Source: Acidimicrobiia bacterium
Lineage (GTDB): Bacteria; Actinomycetota; Acidimicrobiia; Spongiisociales; ZC4RG35
DNA length: 64,000 bases
NCBI GenBank assembly: GCA_040880725.1
Contig: JBBDHV010000030.1
Location: 26,643-90,642, forward strand
Direction of reading: 5' to 3'
Below the pieces are notes generated by a model. That model was not told the DNA's origin, made no database searches, and was given only the letters and a program-made list of their open reading frames with translations. Below, piece after piece: positions 1 through 8,259 of this stretch. Position numbers and translations under genes: made by a program. Numbering within the stretch: the first letter of the stretch is position 1; every line of letters starts with the position of its first letter.

Positions 1-301
1 AGACGACCGGGGCAACAGGGTGTACGTGCCTCGGGCGTTTACTTTCAGCGACTACGTTCACGGCGCCTTCACCGAGATCCGGTTCAACGCCGGTGGCCAG
101 CCATATGTGCTGCTGGCGCTGGTCGAGACTCTGGGCAGTCTCCTCGGCATGTTGGATGAGGCGGGCATCGACGGTCGGTCCGCCGCCCTTCAGCGGGAGG
201 CCGCCCTCACGATCGAGACGATCCGTTCCTCGGACCTGTCCGATCACGAAGAGTCGTCCCTCTACGAGGGGGCCCGCGCGGCGGGAATCGCGGTTCCCTG
301 A
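1..301 (+). CDS. 3' end of a DUF2254-like predicted membrane protein (5' part outside window)
   Basis: Translation ...TFSDYVHGAFTEIRFNAGGQPYVLLALVETLGSL... resembles the DUF2254 C-terminus; frame is open to the window edge. Confidence 0.55.
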   Translation, partial: DDRGNRVYVPRAFTFSDYVHGAFTEIRFNAGGQPYVLLALVETLGSLLGMLDEAGIDGRSAALQREAALTIETIRSSDLSDHEESSLYEGARAAGIAVP

Positions 302-356
302 TCGGCTGCAGGTCGACAACGTCTTCGGCGGGGCGTTCAGCGCGCTCGTCCGCCCT

Positions 357-385
357 TTGTGTCTACAACCATACGGTTGTATATT
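357..385 (+). promoter_or_regulatory. sigma70-type promoter with palindromic operator TACAACC-N4-GGTTGTA (364-381)
   Basis: TTGTGT(357-362)-17 nt-TATATT(380-385); perfect 7-4-7 inverted repeat fills the spacer; resembles operators of small ArsR-family repressors. Confidence 0.55.
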
Positions 386-445
386 GCGCCGTCGGTCACC
401 CATTCGCACTGACCGCGCAAGCTCAGCATCGAGAAGGGACCGGCC

Positions 446-1058
446 ATGAAACTGATGACAGTCACGCACGTTTCCGTCGACGGAGTGATGCAGGGTCTCG
501 GCGGGGCGGATGAGGATCGCAGGGACGGATTCGAGCGTGGCGGGTGGGCGTTGCCGTTGTTCGACAATGAGGTCGAAACGTATCTCGACCAGGTGTTCGA
601 GCGGGCCGACGCGTTCCTGTTCGGGCGGAGGACCTATGAGTCTTCGCCGGCTCGTGGGGCACGGGCTCCTGGGGCGCGAACGACGGGAACAACCCGATTT
701 CGACGTCATTGAACACCCATCCGAAGTACGTGGCATCGACGACGCTCACCAACCCCCAATGGGCGAACACGACTGTCCTCTCCGGTGACGTCGCGGCGGC
801 GATCGGCGAACTCAAGGCGACGCACACCGGTGAGCTGCAGGTACACGGCAGTGGCGCCTTGGTCCGATGGCTGTTCGACCACCGTCTGGTCGACGAGATC
901 ATCCTGATCACCTACCCCGTGGTCGTCGGCCAAGGACGCGTCTGTTCCCCGACACCGGCCCGGACACCGCGCTGGGCCTCGTTGACCTGCAGGCCTTTGC
1001 CAACGGCATCACCTTGCAGCTCTATCGGTCGGCTGGGAGTCCCGCGTACGCCACATGA
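446..1058 (+). pseudogene. Dihydrofolate reductase-like (RibD C-terminal) family protein with two frameshifts
   Basis: Motifs VSVDGVMQ..GRRTYE, PKYVASTTL..ELQVHGSGAL..LVDE..YPVVVGQG and RLF are spread over three frames; single-base losses near 640 and 936. Confidence 0.8.
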
Positions 1059-1119
1059 CTGAGTTGGGAACTGACGGAGCAATCGCTCACCGGCCGCGCA
1101 TGTCCGGCTCTGGAATGCA

Positions 1120-1145
1120 GTTGGGGCCCCGCGAAGGGCCCCAAC
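1120..1145 (-). terminator. Hairpin immediately downstream of rnpB
   Basis: GTTGGGGCCC-cgcgaa-GGGCCCCAAC perfect 10-bp stem; no clear U-tract. Confidence 0.55.
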
Positions 1146-1147
1146 AA

Positions 1148-1524
<377 letters not shown>

Positions 1525-1558
1525 AAGTGAACGGTACCGCGAACGTTGCTGTTCCCGT

Positions 1559-1921
1559 CTACCGGCGCCCCGCGAGCGCGCCCCCGAGACCGCCGAGCAC
1601 CACGGCCAGCAGTGCGAGCCACAGCACCTGGGTCGTCGGCGCAGGGCTCCCACCAAAACGGGCGATGACCAGTACGAGGGCGGCGAACAGGAGGCCGGTG
1701 ACCGACCCATGGAATCGGTGGGCGACAATCGCCATTCGCCCGGAGGCATATCCGCCGGCGGCGAGTCCGACCAGGACCGCCACCGTCAGACCCGTCAGGG
1801 CCGCGTCCTCGAATCCGAACACGGCGAGCACCGCCCACAGCACGAGTGACAGCACCGTGGCGACGAGCGCACCGATCCCGAGTCCGGTGAGGACGGCGAT
1901 GATCCGGAGGGAGGCGAGCAC
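1559..1921 (-). CDS. Small 4-TM membrane protein (TIGR04086/YrzE-like)
   Basis: C-terminal 120 aa of ORF 1559..3127 is four hydrophobic helices with AGGY.SGR and HG..TG motifs; GTG start 6 nt after TACGCT. Confidence 0.7.
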   Translation of the reverse strand: MLASLRIIAVLTGLGIGALVATVLSLVLWAVLAVFGFEDAALTGLTVAVLVGLAAGGYASGRMAIVAHRFHGSVTGLLFAALVLVIARFGGSPAPTTQVLWLALLAVVLGGLGGALAGRR

Positions 1922-1940
1922 GTTCGAAGCGTAGGGCGCG

Positions 1941-1992
1941 CCGAACCGTGGGCTCAGGAGTACCGAAACGGTGGTCTGGAACCCAGGGTTCG
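1941..1992. repeat. Dispersed palindromic repeat, intergenic copy
   Basis: 46/52 identical to 11501-11552; two small hairpins. Confidence 0.85.
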
Positions 1993-2026
1993 CAGTCACC
2001 CCGGGGCGGTTCGTACACTCCGGCGG

Positions 2027-3046
2027 ATGGACTGGTCTGCGATCCTGGGTCGGCTCGCCTCTGGCGACGACCTCACCCGCAATGAAGCTCGAGACGCGAT
2101 GGCGACGATCATGGCCGGGGAGGCGACGCCTGCTCAGATTTCCGCGCTCATCGTGTCGCTGCGAATCAAAGGTGAGACCATCGATGAGATGACCGGATTG
2201 GTCGAGGCGATGCGGGCGGCGGCGGTCACCGTGGACATCGGCGAGACCGTCGTCGACGTCGTGGGAACCGGTGGGGATCGGTCGGGGACGTTCAACATTT
2301 CGACCACTGCCGCCCTCATCGCGGCAGGTGCGGGAGCCAAAGTGGCGAAGCACGGCAATCGGTCGGCGTCGTCGAAATGCGGCTCTGCCGATGTGCTCGA
2401 AGGCCTCGGACTGAGGATCGATCTCGAACCCGAGCACACTGCCGAGATGGTTCGGGAGGTCGGCTTCGGCTTCTTCTTCGCTCCGCGCTATCACCCGGCG
2501 ATGCGCTTCGCCGGTCCGGTCCGCAAGGAACTCGGAATCCCCACGGTGTTCAACTTTCTCGGCCCGCTCGCGAACCCGGCGGGCGCCACTCGCCAGGTGG
2601 TCGGCGTCTCCGACGCCCGCATGGCCGAGCGGATGATCGGTGTGCTCGCCGGCCTCGGGTCGGAGTACGCCTTCGTGGTCTACGGCGAGGATGGACTCGA
2701 CGAGTTCACGACGACCGCACCCTCGTTCATCCATCGGCTCAAGAACGGCGAGATCACCACCGCCGAATTCACCCCCGAGGACTTCGGCGTGGCCCGGGCT
2801 ACGCCCGCCGATCTGCTCGGTGGTGATGTCGACGAGAACGTCGCCATCACCCGGGCGATTCTGGCGGGGGAGAAGGGTCCCAAGCGCGACGCTGCGGTGG
2901 TCAACGCCGCTCCTGCATTGGTGGTGGCCGAACTCGCCACAGGATTCCTCGACGGTGTGGCGTTGGCTGCCGAGACGATCGATTCGGGCGCAGCCGCCGA
3001 CACTCTGGAGCGGGCGATCGCGGCGAGTCGCGCGTTCGGCAGCTGA
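2027..3046 (+). CDS. trpD: Anthranilate phosphoribosyltransferase
   Basis: DVVGTGGD, NISTT, KHGNRSASSKCGSADVLE, GLDE motifs. Confidence 0.97.
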   Translation: MDWSAILGRLASGDDLTRNEARDAMATIMAGEATPAQISALIVSLRIKGETIDEMTGLVEAMRAAAVTVDIGETVVDVVGTGGDRSGTFNISTTAALIAAGAGAKVAKHGNRSASSKCGSADVLEGLGLRIDLEPEHTAEMVREVGFGFFFAPRYHPAMRFAGPVRKELGIPTVFNFLGPLANPAGATRQVVGVSDARMAERMIGVLAGLGSEYAFVVYGEDGLDEFTTTAPSFIHRLKNGEITTAEFTPEDFGVARATPADLLGGDVDENVAITRAILAGEKGPKRDAAVVNAAPALVVAELATGFLDGVALAAETIDSGAAADTLERAIAASRAFGS

Positions 3047-3047
3047 C

Positions 3048-3491
3048 GTGGCGGGACCGTCGGCCGAGGATCTGATCGGAGCCCTCCGAGCCGCGGGCAT
3101 GCGTATCACCCGGCCCCGGGTGGTCATGTGTGAGGTGCTCGCCGACGCACGTCATGAGCACCTGACCCCCCAGTTTCTGGGAGAACGGGCGCAATCTCGG
3201 CTGGGCGCCAGGATCGACCCTTCGACCGTGTATCGGACGCTCGAAGCCCTCACCGAGTGTGGGGCGGTCTATCACGTCCACCTCGGTCACGGTGCCGCGG
3301 TCATCCATCTGAGCGATCTCGATGCGCATCATCATCTCGTATGCGAAGTGTGCGATCGGACCGTCGACCTGCCGTTCGACGATGTGGTTGCCTTGACGGA
3401 CCACATCGGCAAGACCCATGACTTCGTGGTGGATTCGGTGCACTTCGCCATGGTCGGTCGATGTGCGAGCCATGATCGAAACGAAGCATGA
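3048..3491 (+). CDS. Fur-family regulator, probably nickel-responsive Nur
   Basis: RITRPR, STVYRTL, HVHLGHG (Nur-type metal site), HHHLVCEVC; Nur-type box and Ni/Co transporter downstream. Confidence 0.85.
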   Translation: MAGPSAEDLIGALRAAGMRITRPRVVMCEVLADARHEHLTPQFLGERAQSRLGARIDPSTVYRTLEALTECGAVYHVHLGHGAAVIHLSDLDAHHHLVCEVCDRTVDLPFDDVVALTDHIGKTHDFVVDSVHFAMVGRCASHDRNEA

Positions 3492-3543
3492 ATTCGGTGC
3501 CGTCGGAGTGTCGGTAGAGCACCGATCGCCGTAGCTTGGCATT

Positions 3544-4176
3544 GTGCGTTTCTGGTCCTTTGTCATCCTCGTCGTCGTTCTCGCCGCCTGCGGTGGGAAT
3601 GGTGCCGACTCGACGCCCGGCACCGCTTCGACGCCGATTTCTGCGGTTCCCGACGCACCCGCGTCAACGGTGGCTCCTTCGGGTGAGGCAATATCCACGA
3701 CTGTGGCTCCTCGGGACGCCGGGACGACCACGACACGGCCCGCTCCGAACCCGGACCGCCAACTGGCACCCGACTTCTCGTTGACGTTGAGTGACGGCAT
3801 CGAGTACCAACTCGCCAACGAAACCCGGCCGGTCTACCTGGTGTTCTGGGCTGAGTGGTGAACGACATGTCGACGGGAGTTGCCCGTCGTCGATCAGATC
3901 TCCCTCGACTACGCCGACGAGGTGACGTTCGTGGCTCCGGCCTGGAAGGGCACGCTGCCTGCCACGACGGACCGTGCGAAACAACTCCTTCCGTCCGGGG
4001 TCATCCGATGGGGCCTGGACGAGGACGAGGTCGTATTCCAGGCGTTCGGGGTTCCGTATCAGCCGGTGACGGTGCTCATCGCGGCGGACGGCACGATCTT
4101 CGAGAGATGGGCGGGATTCAGGGACGAAGCGGGGATCCGCGAGTCGCTCGACCAGCTCGTTCCCGACGGGCTCTGA
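3544..4176 (+). CDS. TlpA/ResA-like thioredoxin-fold lipoprotein, predicted selenoprotein (UTTC)
   Basis: ORFs 3544..3861 and 3880..4176 are one frame: lipobox LAAC, APDFSL, VYLVFWAEW-TGA-TTCRRELP, cis-Pro FGVPYQP; hairpin directly after the TGA. Confidence 0.85.
3862..3892 (+). promoter_or_regulatory. Candidate bacterial SECIS element
   Basis: Stem CGACGGG(3871-3877)/CCCGTCG(3883-3889), loop AGTTG starting 16 nt after the UGA, with G at loop position 2. Confidence 0.65.
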
Positions 4177-4183
4177 GAGTCGC

Positions 4184-4210
4184 TATTCTTGTTGCAACCA
4201 GCTTGCAACA
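4184..4210 (+). promoter_or_regulatory. -10 box plus Nur-type operator TGTTGCAA-N5-TTGCAACA
   Basis: Perfect 8-5-8 inverted repeat 4190-4210 between TATTCT (4184-4189) and the AGGAGG RBS; matches the Streptomyces Nur consensus tTGCaa-N5-ttGCAA. Confidence 0.8.
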
Positions 4211-4219
4211 GGAGGCCGT

Positions 4220-5203
4220 GTGCACATCCCCGAAGGATTCATCAACCTGCCGACGTCGCTCGGTGCGGCCGCCGTTGCCGGAGGCAGTGTGTGGGGATCG
4301 CTGCGTGCGTCGAGTCGTGATCTGAAGGACCGCCTCGTCCCCTTCGCCGGATTGACCGCAGCATTCATCTTTGCGCTGCAGATGCTCAACTTTCCCGTCG
4401 CCGCGGGAACTACCGGCCATCTGCTCGGGGGCGCGCTGGCCGCAATTCTTCTCGGCCCATGGCTGGGGATCGTGGCGGTGACAGTGGTCGTCGTCGTCCA
4501 GGCGCTGCTCTTCGCCGATGGCGGCCTGGTGGCAATGGGCCTCAACGTCGTCAACATGGCGGTGATCACCTCGTTGTCCGGTTGGTATGTGTTTCGGGCC
4601 GTGGCCAAGTTGCTGCCCCGCCGGTCCGGGGTGTTGACGGGTGCATTGGCGGGAGCATGGGCGTCGGTGGTGGTGTCGTCGATCGGCTTTTCGCTGCAGT
4701 ACGCCATCGGCGGCGTCGGGGGAGTCGACCCTGGTCTCGTGTTCAGTTCGATGGTGGGAGTTCACGCCCTGATCGGGATCGGAGAAGGTCTGATCACCGC
4801 GGCGGCGGTCGGCGCGGTGCTTGCCGCCCGACCCGACCTGGTGACCGGAGCGCGGGATCTCGAGGACATGGAGTCGGCCGCGACGTCGCTGTCACGAAAA
4901 GCGGTCGGAGGCTTCGTCGGGGCGGGCCTGGCGGTGGCGGTGGCTCTCGTGGTGTTCGTCACCCCGATCGCCGGATCCGACCCCGACGGTTTGGAGCGGG
5001 TCGCCGAAGACACCGGGTTCGCGGCGGAAGCCGGCGACAACGCCTACAGCGGTCCGCTGGCGGACTACGGCGTCGCCGGACTCGACAACGAGGCGCTGGG
5101 GACGATCATTGCGGGAATCGTCGGGACCGGACTCACCTTCGCCGCCGGAATGATCCTGGTCGGTATCGCCCGAAGGCGGGCGCATCCTGTCGAGACTGCG
5201 TGA
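4220..5203 (+). CDS. Ni/Co ECF transporter substrate component, CbiM/NikM fused to PDGLE (NikN) domain
   Basis: N-terminal MHIPEG, FALQMLNFP, GHLLGG, HALIGIGEG, C-terminal DPDGLE. Confidence 0.93.
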   Translation: MHIPEGFINLPTSLGAAAVAGGSVWGSLRASSRDLKDRLVPFAGLTAAFIFALQMLNFPVAAGTTGHLLGGALAAILLGPWLGIVAVTVVVVVQALLFADGGLVAMGLNVVNMAVITSLSGWYVFRAVAKLLPRRSGVLTGALAGAWASVVVSSIGFSLQYAIGGVGGVDPGLVFSSMVGVHALIGIGEGLITAAAVGAVLAARPDLVTGARDLEDMESAATSLSRKAVGGFVGAGLAVAVALVVFVTPIAGSDPDGLERVAEDTGFAAEAGDNAYSGPLADYGVAGLDNEALGTIIAGIVGTGLTFAAGMILVGIARRRAHPVETA

Positions 5204-5964
5204 GCGGAGGCCATCTCCACGCCCTGCATGTGCACGGGCATTCGCCGGTGCACCGCATGGCGCCGGAGGCCAAGGTCGCGGCGCTTTTCGTCTTCGTATT
5301 GGGGGTCGTCGCCACTCCCCGCGAGGTGATGTGGGCATTCGGAATTCACGCGTTCCTGCTGCTCGCAGTCGTCACCTTCGCCGAGCTACCGGTCGGCTTC
5401 GTGCTTCGCAGGATGACCATCGAACTGCCGTTCATCGCCTTTGCGCTGTTCCTGCCGTTCCTCGGTGGCGGTCCGCAGACCGAGGTCTGGGGCATCGGAC
5501 TCTCCCAGGAGGGCCTGTGGGGCGCGTGGAACATCTTCGCCAAGGCCACCCTGGGGGTGGGGGCGTCGGTGACGCTGATCGCCACCACCGAGATCCCCCA
5601 TTTGCTGCACGGGTTGGATCGCCTGCGGGTGCCGCGGCTGTTCACCGCCATCGCCGGCTTCATGGTCCGGTACATCGAGGTGATCGCCGGTGAGGTCCAG
5701 CGGACGAGGACCGCGATGACTGCGAGGGGCCACGACCCCCGCTGGCTGTGGCAGGTGGGGCCCCTCGCGACGGCCGCAGGTGCCCTCTTCGTTCGGTCCT
5801 ACGAGCGGGGGGAGCGGGTGCACCAGGCGATGGTGGCGAGAGGCTACGACGGGCGCATGCCCACGCTCGACGAGAGGAAGGCGACGGCAGTCGAGTGGCT
5901 GTCGGCGATGGCGATCCCGTTGACGGCGTGGATGACCGTCCTGTTGGTGCTGGTGACGCCGTGA
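5200..5964 (+). CDS. cbiQ: Ni/Co ECF transporter T component
   Basis: SPVHR..PEAK, RYI.VI, LFVRSYERGERVHQAM.ARGY; GTGA overlap with upstream stop. Confidence 0.93.
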   Translation: MSGGHLHALHVHGHSPVHRMAPEAKVAALFVFVLGVVATPREVMWAFGIHAFLLLAVVTFAELPVGFVLRRMTIELPFIAFALFLPFLGGGPQTEVWGIGLSQEGLWGAWNIFAKATLGVGASVTLIATTEIPHLLHGLDRLRVPRLFTAIAGFMVRYIEVIAGEVQRTRTAMTARGHDPRWLWQVGPLATAAGALFVRSYERGERVHQAMVARGYDGRMPTLDERKATAVEWLSAMAIPLTAWMTVLLVLVTP

Positions 5965-6695
5965 GTGCGCTCGAGGTACGGGGGTTGCGTTTCAGCTATC
6001 CCGATGGGACGGAGGTGCTGCGCGGCGTCGACCTGACCGTGGGGGCATCCGAGCGGGTTGCGCTCCTCGGTCCCAACGGTGCGGGCAAGACGACGTTCGT
6101 GCTGCACCTCATCGGGATTCTCAGGGCCGCCGCGGGCACGGTGGCGGTCGACGGGGTGGAACTGACCGATGATTCGGTGCGCGAGCTGCGGGCGCGGGTC
6201 GGTTTCGTGTTCCAGGACCCCGACGACCAGTTGTTCATGCCCACGGTGCGACAGGATGTCGCCTTCGGACCTGCGAACTTCGGGCTCCGGGGGGACGAAC
6301 TCGAGCTGCGGGTGAAGGAAGCACTGACGATGGTGGGGATGAACCACGCCGCATCGAAGGCGCCACATCATCTCTCGGGGGGAGAGCGACGCCGGGTGGC
6401 GATCGCAACGGTGCTGGCCATGCAGCCGTCGATCCTCATCCTCGATGAGCCGTCGACGAATCTCGACCCTGCCGGGCGCAGGGAGCTCGCCGAGATCTTG
6501 TCCGGGCTCGACGTGACGCTCTTGATGGTGACACATGACCTTCCGTACGCCTTCGAGATCTGCGAGCGTTCGGTCGTGATGAGCGAAGGTGCGATCGCCG
6601 TCGACGGTCCCACTGCCGCAGTCCTCTCGGACGCCGAGGCCATGACCCGGCACCGCCTCGAACTCCCCGCCGGTTTCCACCCCCACCACCTCTGA
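5961..6695 (+). CDS. cbiO: Ni/Co ECF transporter ATPase
   Basis: GPNGAGKT, VFQDPDDQLF, HLSGGE, LDEP. Confidence 0.93.
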   Translation: MSALEVRGLRFSYPDGTEVLRGVDLTVGASERVALLGPNGAGKTTFVLHLIGILRAAAGTVAVDGVELTDDSVRELRARVGFVFQDPDDQLFMPTVRQDVAFGPANFGLRGDELELRVKEALTMVGMNHAASKAPHHLSGGERRRVAIATVLAMQPSILILDEPSTNLDPAGRRELAEILSGLDVTLLMVTHDLPYAFEICERSVVMSEGAIAVDGPTAAVLSDAEAMTRHRLELPAGFHPHHL

Positions 6696-6743
6696 CGGCT
6701 TCTTTCAGGGTCAGCGGATAGGCAGGCCGGCTTCGCCGTCGGT

Positions 6744-6791
6744 TTCTTAGCGAACGAGCGCGTCAGAAACAGCGCGTTTCGCGTGGTAGAA
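6744..6791 (+). repeat. 48-nt imperfect palindrome A, copy 1
   Basis: 43/48 identical to reverse complement of 25528-25575. Confidence 0.9.
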
Positions 6792-6797
6792 AAGTCG

Positions 6798-6823
6798 GGA
6801 ACCTGTCGGTGTCGGGAGACGTC
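6798..6823 (+). promoter_or_regulatory. Candidate ECF (SigE/SigH-type) promoter GGAAC-N17-CGTC
   Basis: Motif ends 8 nt before the ATG at 6832 and no RBS is visible. Confidence 0.5.
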
Positions 6824-6831
6824 ACATCGGT

Positions 6832-8175
6832 ATGCGGATATTCGGAATCACGCTCGTACTCGTCGTCTCGGCATGCGGTGGAGGGGAAGTGATCGATTCG
6901 CCGGCCGGTGACTCGGACGCGATCCCCCTCTGTGAGGACGTTTCCACCATCAGCGCGCCGGATGATCGCTACGCCGATCGTCCGGTATACGTGGGAAACG
7001 AGATGCCGATCGACGAGGTCCAGACGTGGGCCGAGACCCAACCGGGATTCGAGACGCTGTGGATCGACCGGGACCACAACGGCTGGATCACGTTGGCCTT
7101 CAGCGAGAACGCCGACCAACGCCAGGCAGATGTCGAGGAGTTGTTCGCCGACGCCGGCGTCGTGGTGGTGCAAGTCGATTGGGCGATGGACGACCTCTCG
7201 GCCCTCCAATCATCCATTCCGGGCCGTTTCGAGCCCGGATTCGTCCAGACGACGGGCATCTCGGTCACACAAGGAGTGGTCACTGTCGGGATCGGACCGT
7301 TCACCGCCGAGCGTATTGCCACCGCCACCGCAGAACTCGCCGGTGAGCCGGTGTGCCTGGAGGGGATCGATCCAGAACTCGTTCCCGAACCCGGTCCGCA
7401 ACCGGAGGCCGGCGACGACTGGCGACTGCTCGCCGACGAGAAGACCGGGCAGGCGTACCGGACGATGATCGCCACCAACCTCGCCGACCTCGAAGAACTC
7501 TGGCGAGAGGCGGGAATCACCTCGCCGCTCCCCGATGTCGACTTAGAGGACGAAATCGTGATCTGGTTCGGCGCGGTCTACGGGTCCAGCTGTCCGAACC
7601 TGCGCATGGACGACGTGGTGATCGAAGACGGGCTCGTGTACCCCGAAATCGTGAATGTGGACGCACCCATGGCCTGTACCGGCGACGCCAATCCGCATGC
7701 CTATGTCGTCGCGGTCGAACGGTCGGCGTTCCCGTCCGAAGGGTTCGTCGTCCGCCTGCAAGCCGAGGAGCCGCCTCCCGGGGTGGTCGACCAGGAGACG
7801 ACAGTGCTGGGCGATGTGACGATTCCCGGGTCCTACGTTGTCGGAATTCGAGAAGAGCTCCCGACCGACCCCGGACTGCCCTCGGTCGAGGACGGCGGGG
7901 TGATCGAGCCCGGGTATCCGTGGATGTATCAGCTCTACGCCCACTGCGGCGTCGAATGGCTCGGAGAGGTCAATGGTGTTCAGTGGCGGGCCGAGCGGGT
8001 GGACGGTTCGATCGACTTCGTTCCCGAGGAGTGGCGAGCCGAGATCGATGGCGAGCAGTACCTCACCGTCGAGATTCTGTTGACCGAAGGTGATCCACCG
8101 GTGCTCGAAGCGACGGCGGCAGGGCACACCGTTCGCTACCTCCCGGCGACCGAAGATCCGCCGGGATGTGACTGA
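6832..8175 (+). CDS. Acidic multidomain lipoprotein of unknown function (central PrcB_C-like domain)
   Basis: Lipobox VSAC; paired Cys; PDVDLEDEIVIWF..GSSCP..ACT.D resembles PrcB C-terminal domain. Confidence 0.75.
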   Translation: MRIFGITLVLVVSACGGGEVIDSPAGDSDAIPLCEDVSTISAPDDRYADRPVYVGNEMPIDEVQTWAETQPGFETLWIDRDHNGWITLAFSENADQRQADVEELFADAGVVVVQVDWAMDDLSALQSSIPGRFEPGFVQTTGISVTQGVVTVGIGPFTAERIATATAELAGEPVCLEGIDPELVPEPGPQPEAGDDWRLLADEKTGQAYRTMIATNLADLEELWREAGITSPLPDVDLEDEIVIWFGAVYGSSCPNLRMDDVVIEDGLVYPEIVNVDAPMACTGDANPHAYVVAVERSAFPSEGFVVRLQAEEPPPGVVDQETTVLGDVTIPGSYVVGIREELPTDPGLPSVEDGGVIEPGYPWMYQLYAHCGVEWLGEVNGVQWRAERVDGSIDFVPEEWRAEIDGEQYLTVEILLTEGDPPVLEATAAGHTVRYLPATEDPPGCD

Positions 8176-8182
8176 CAGGCGC

Positions 8183-8230
8183 TTTTGGTCTGCGTTGCGC
8201 TTCATTGGTGGACCGCTGCCCCGCTAAAAA
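8183..8230 (+). repeat. 48-nt imperfect palindrome B, copy 1
   Basis: 42/48 identical to reverse complement of 25447-25494. Confidence 0.9.
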
Positions 8231-8259
8231 GCGATCTGGGCCATCTACCGTGGCCGGTC

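Noticed and set aside
3859-3861. TGA as a simple nonsense mutation, or two separate genes
   Set aside because: It falls exactly on the catalytic Cys, both halves are intact and a SECIS-like hairpin follows; Sec is the better explanation, though unproven
4176-4220. Cobalamin or NiCo riboswitch ahead of the cbiM-like gene
   Set aside because: Only 43 nt of intergenic space, occupied by a -10 box, palindromic operator and RBS
6744-8230. Integron cassette with attC sites
   Set aside because: No RYYYAAC/GTTRRRY cores, two different flanking sites, and no intI in the window
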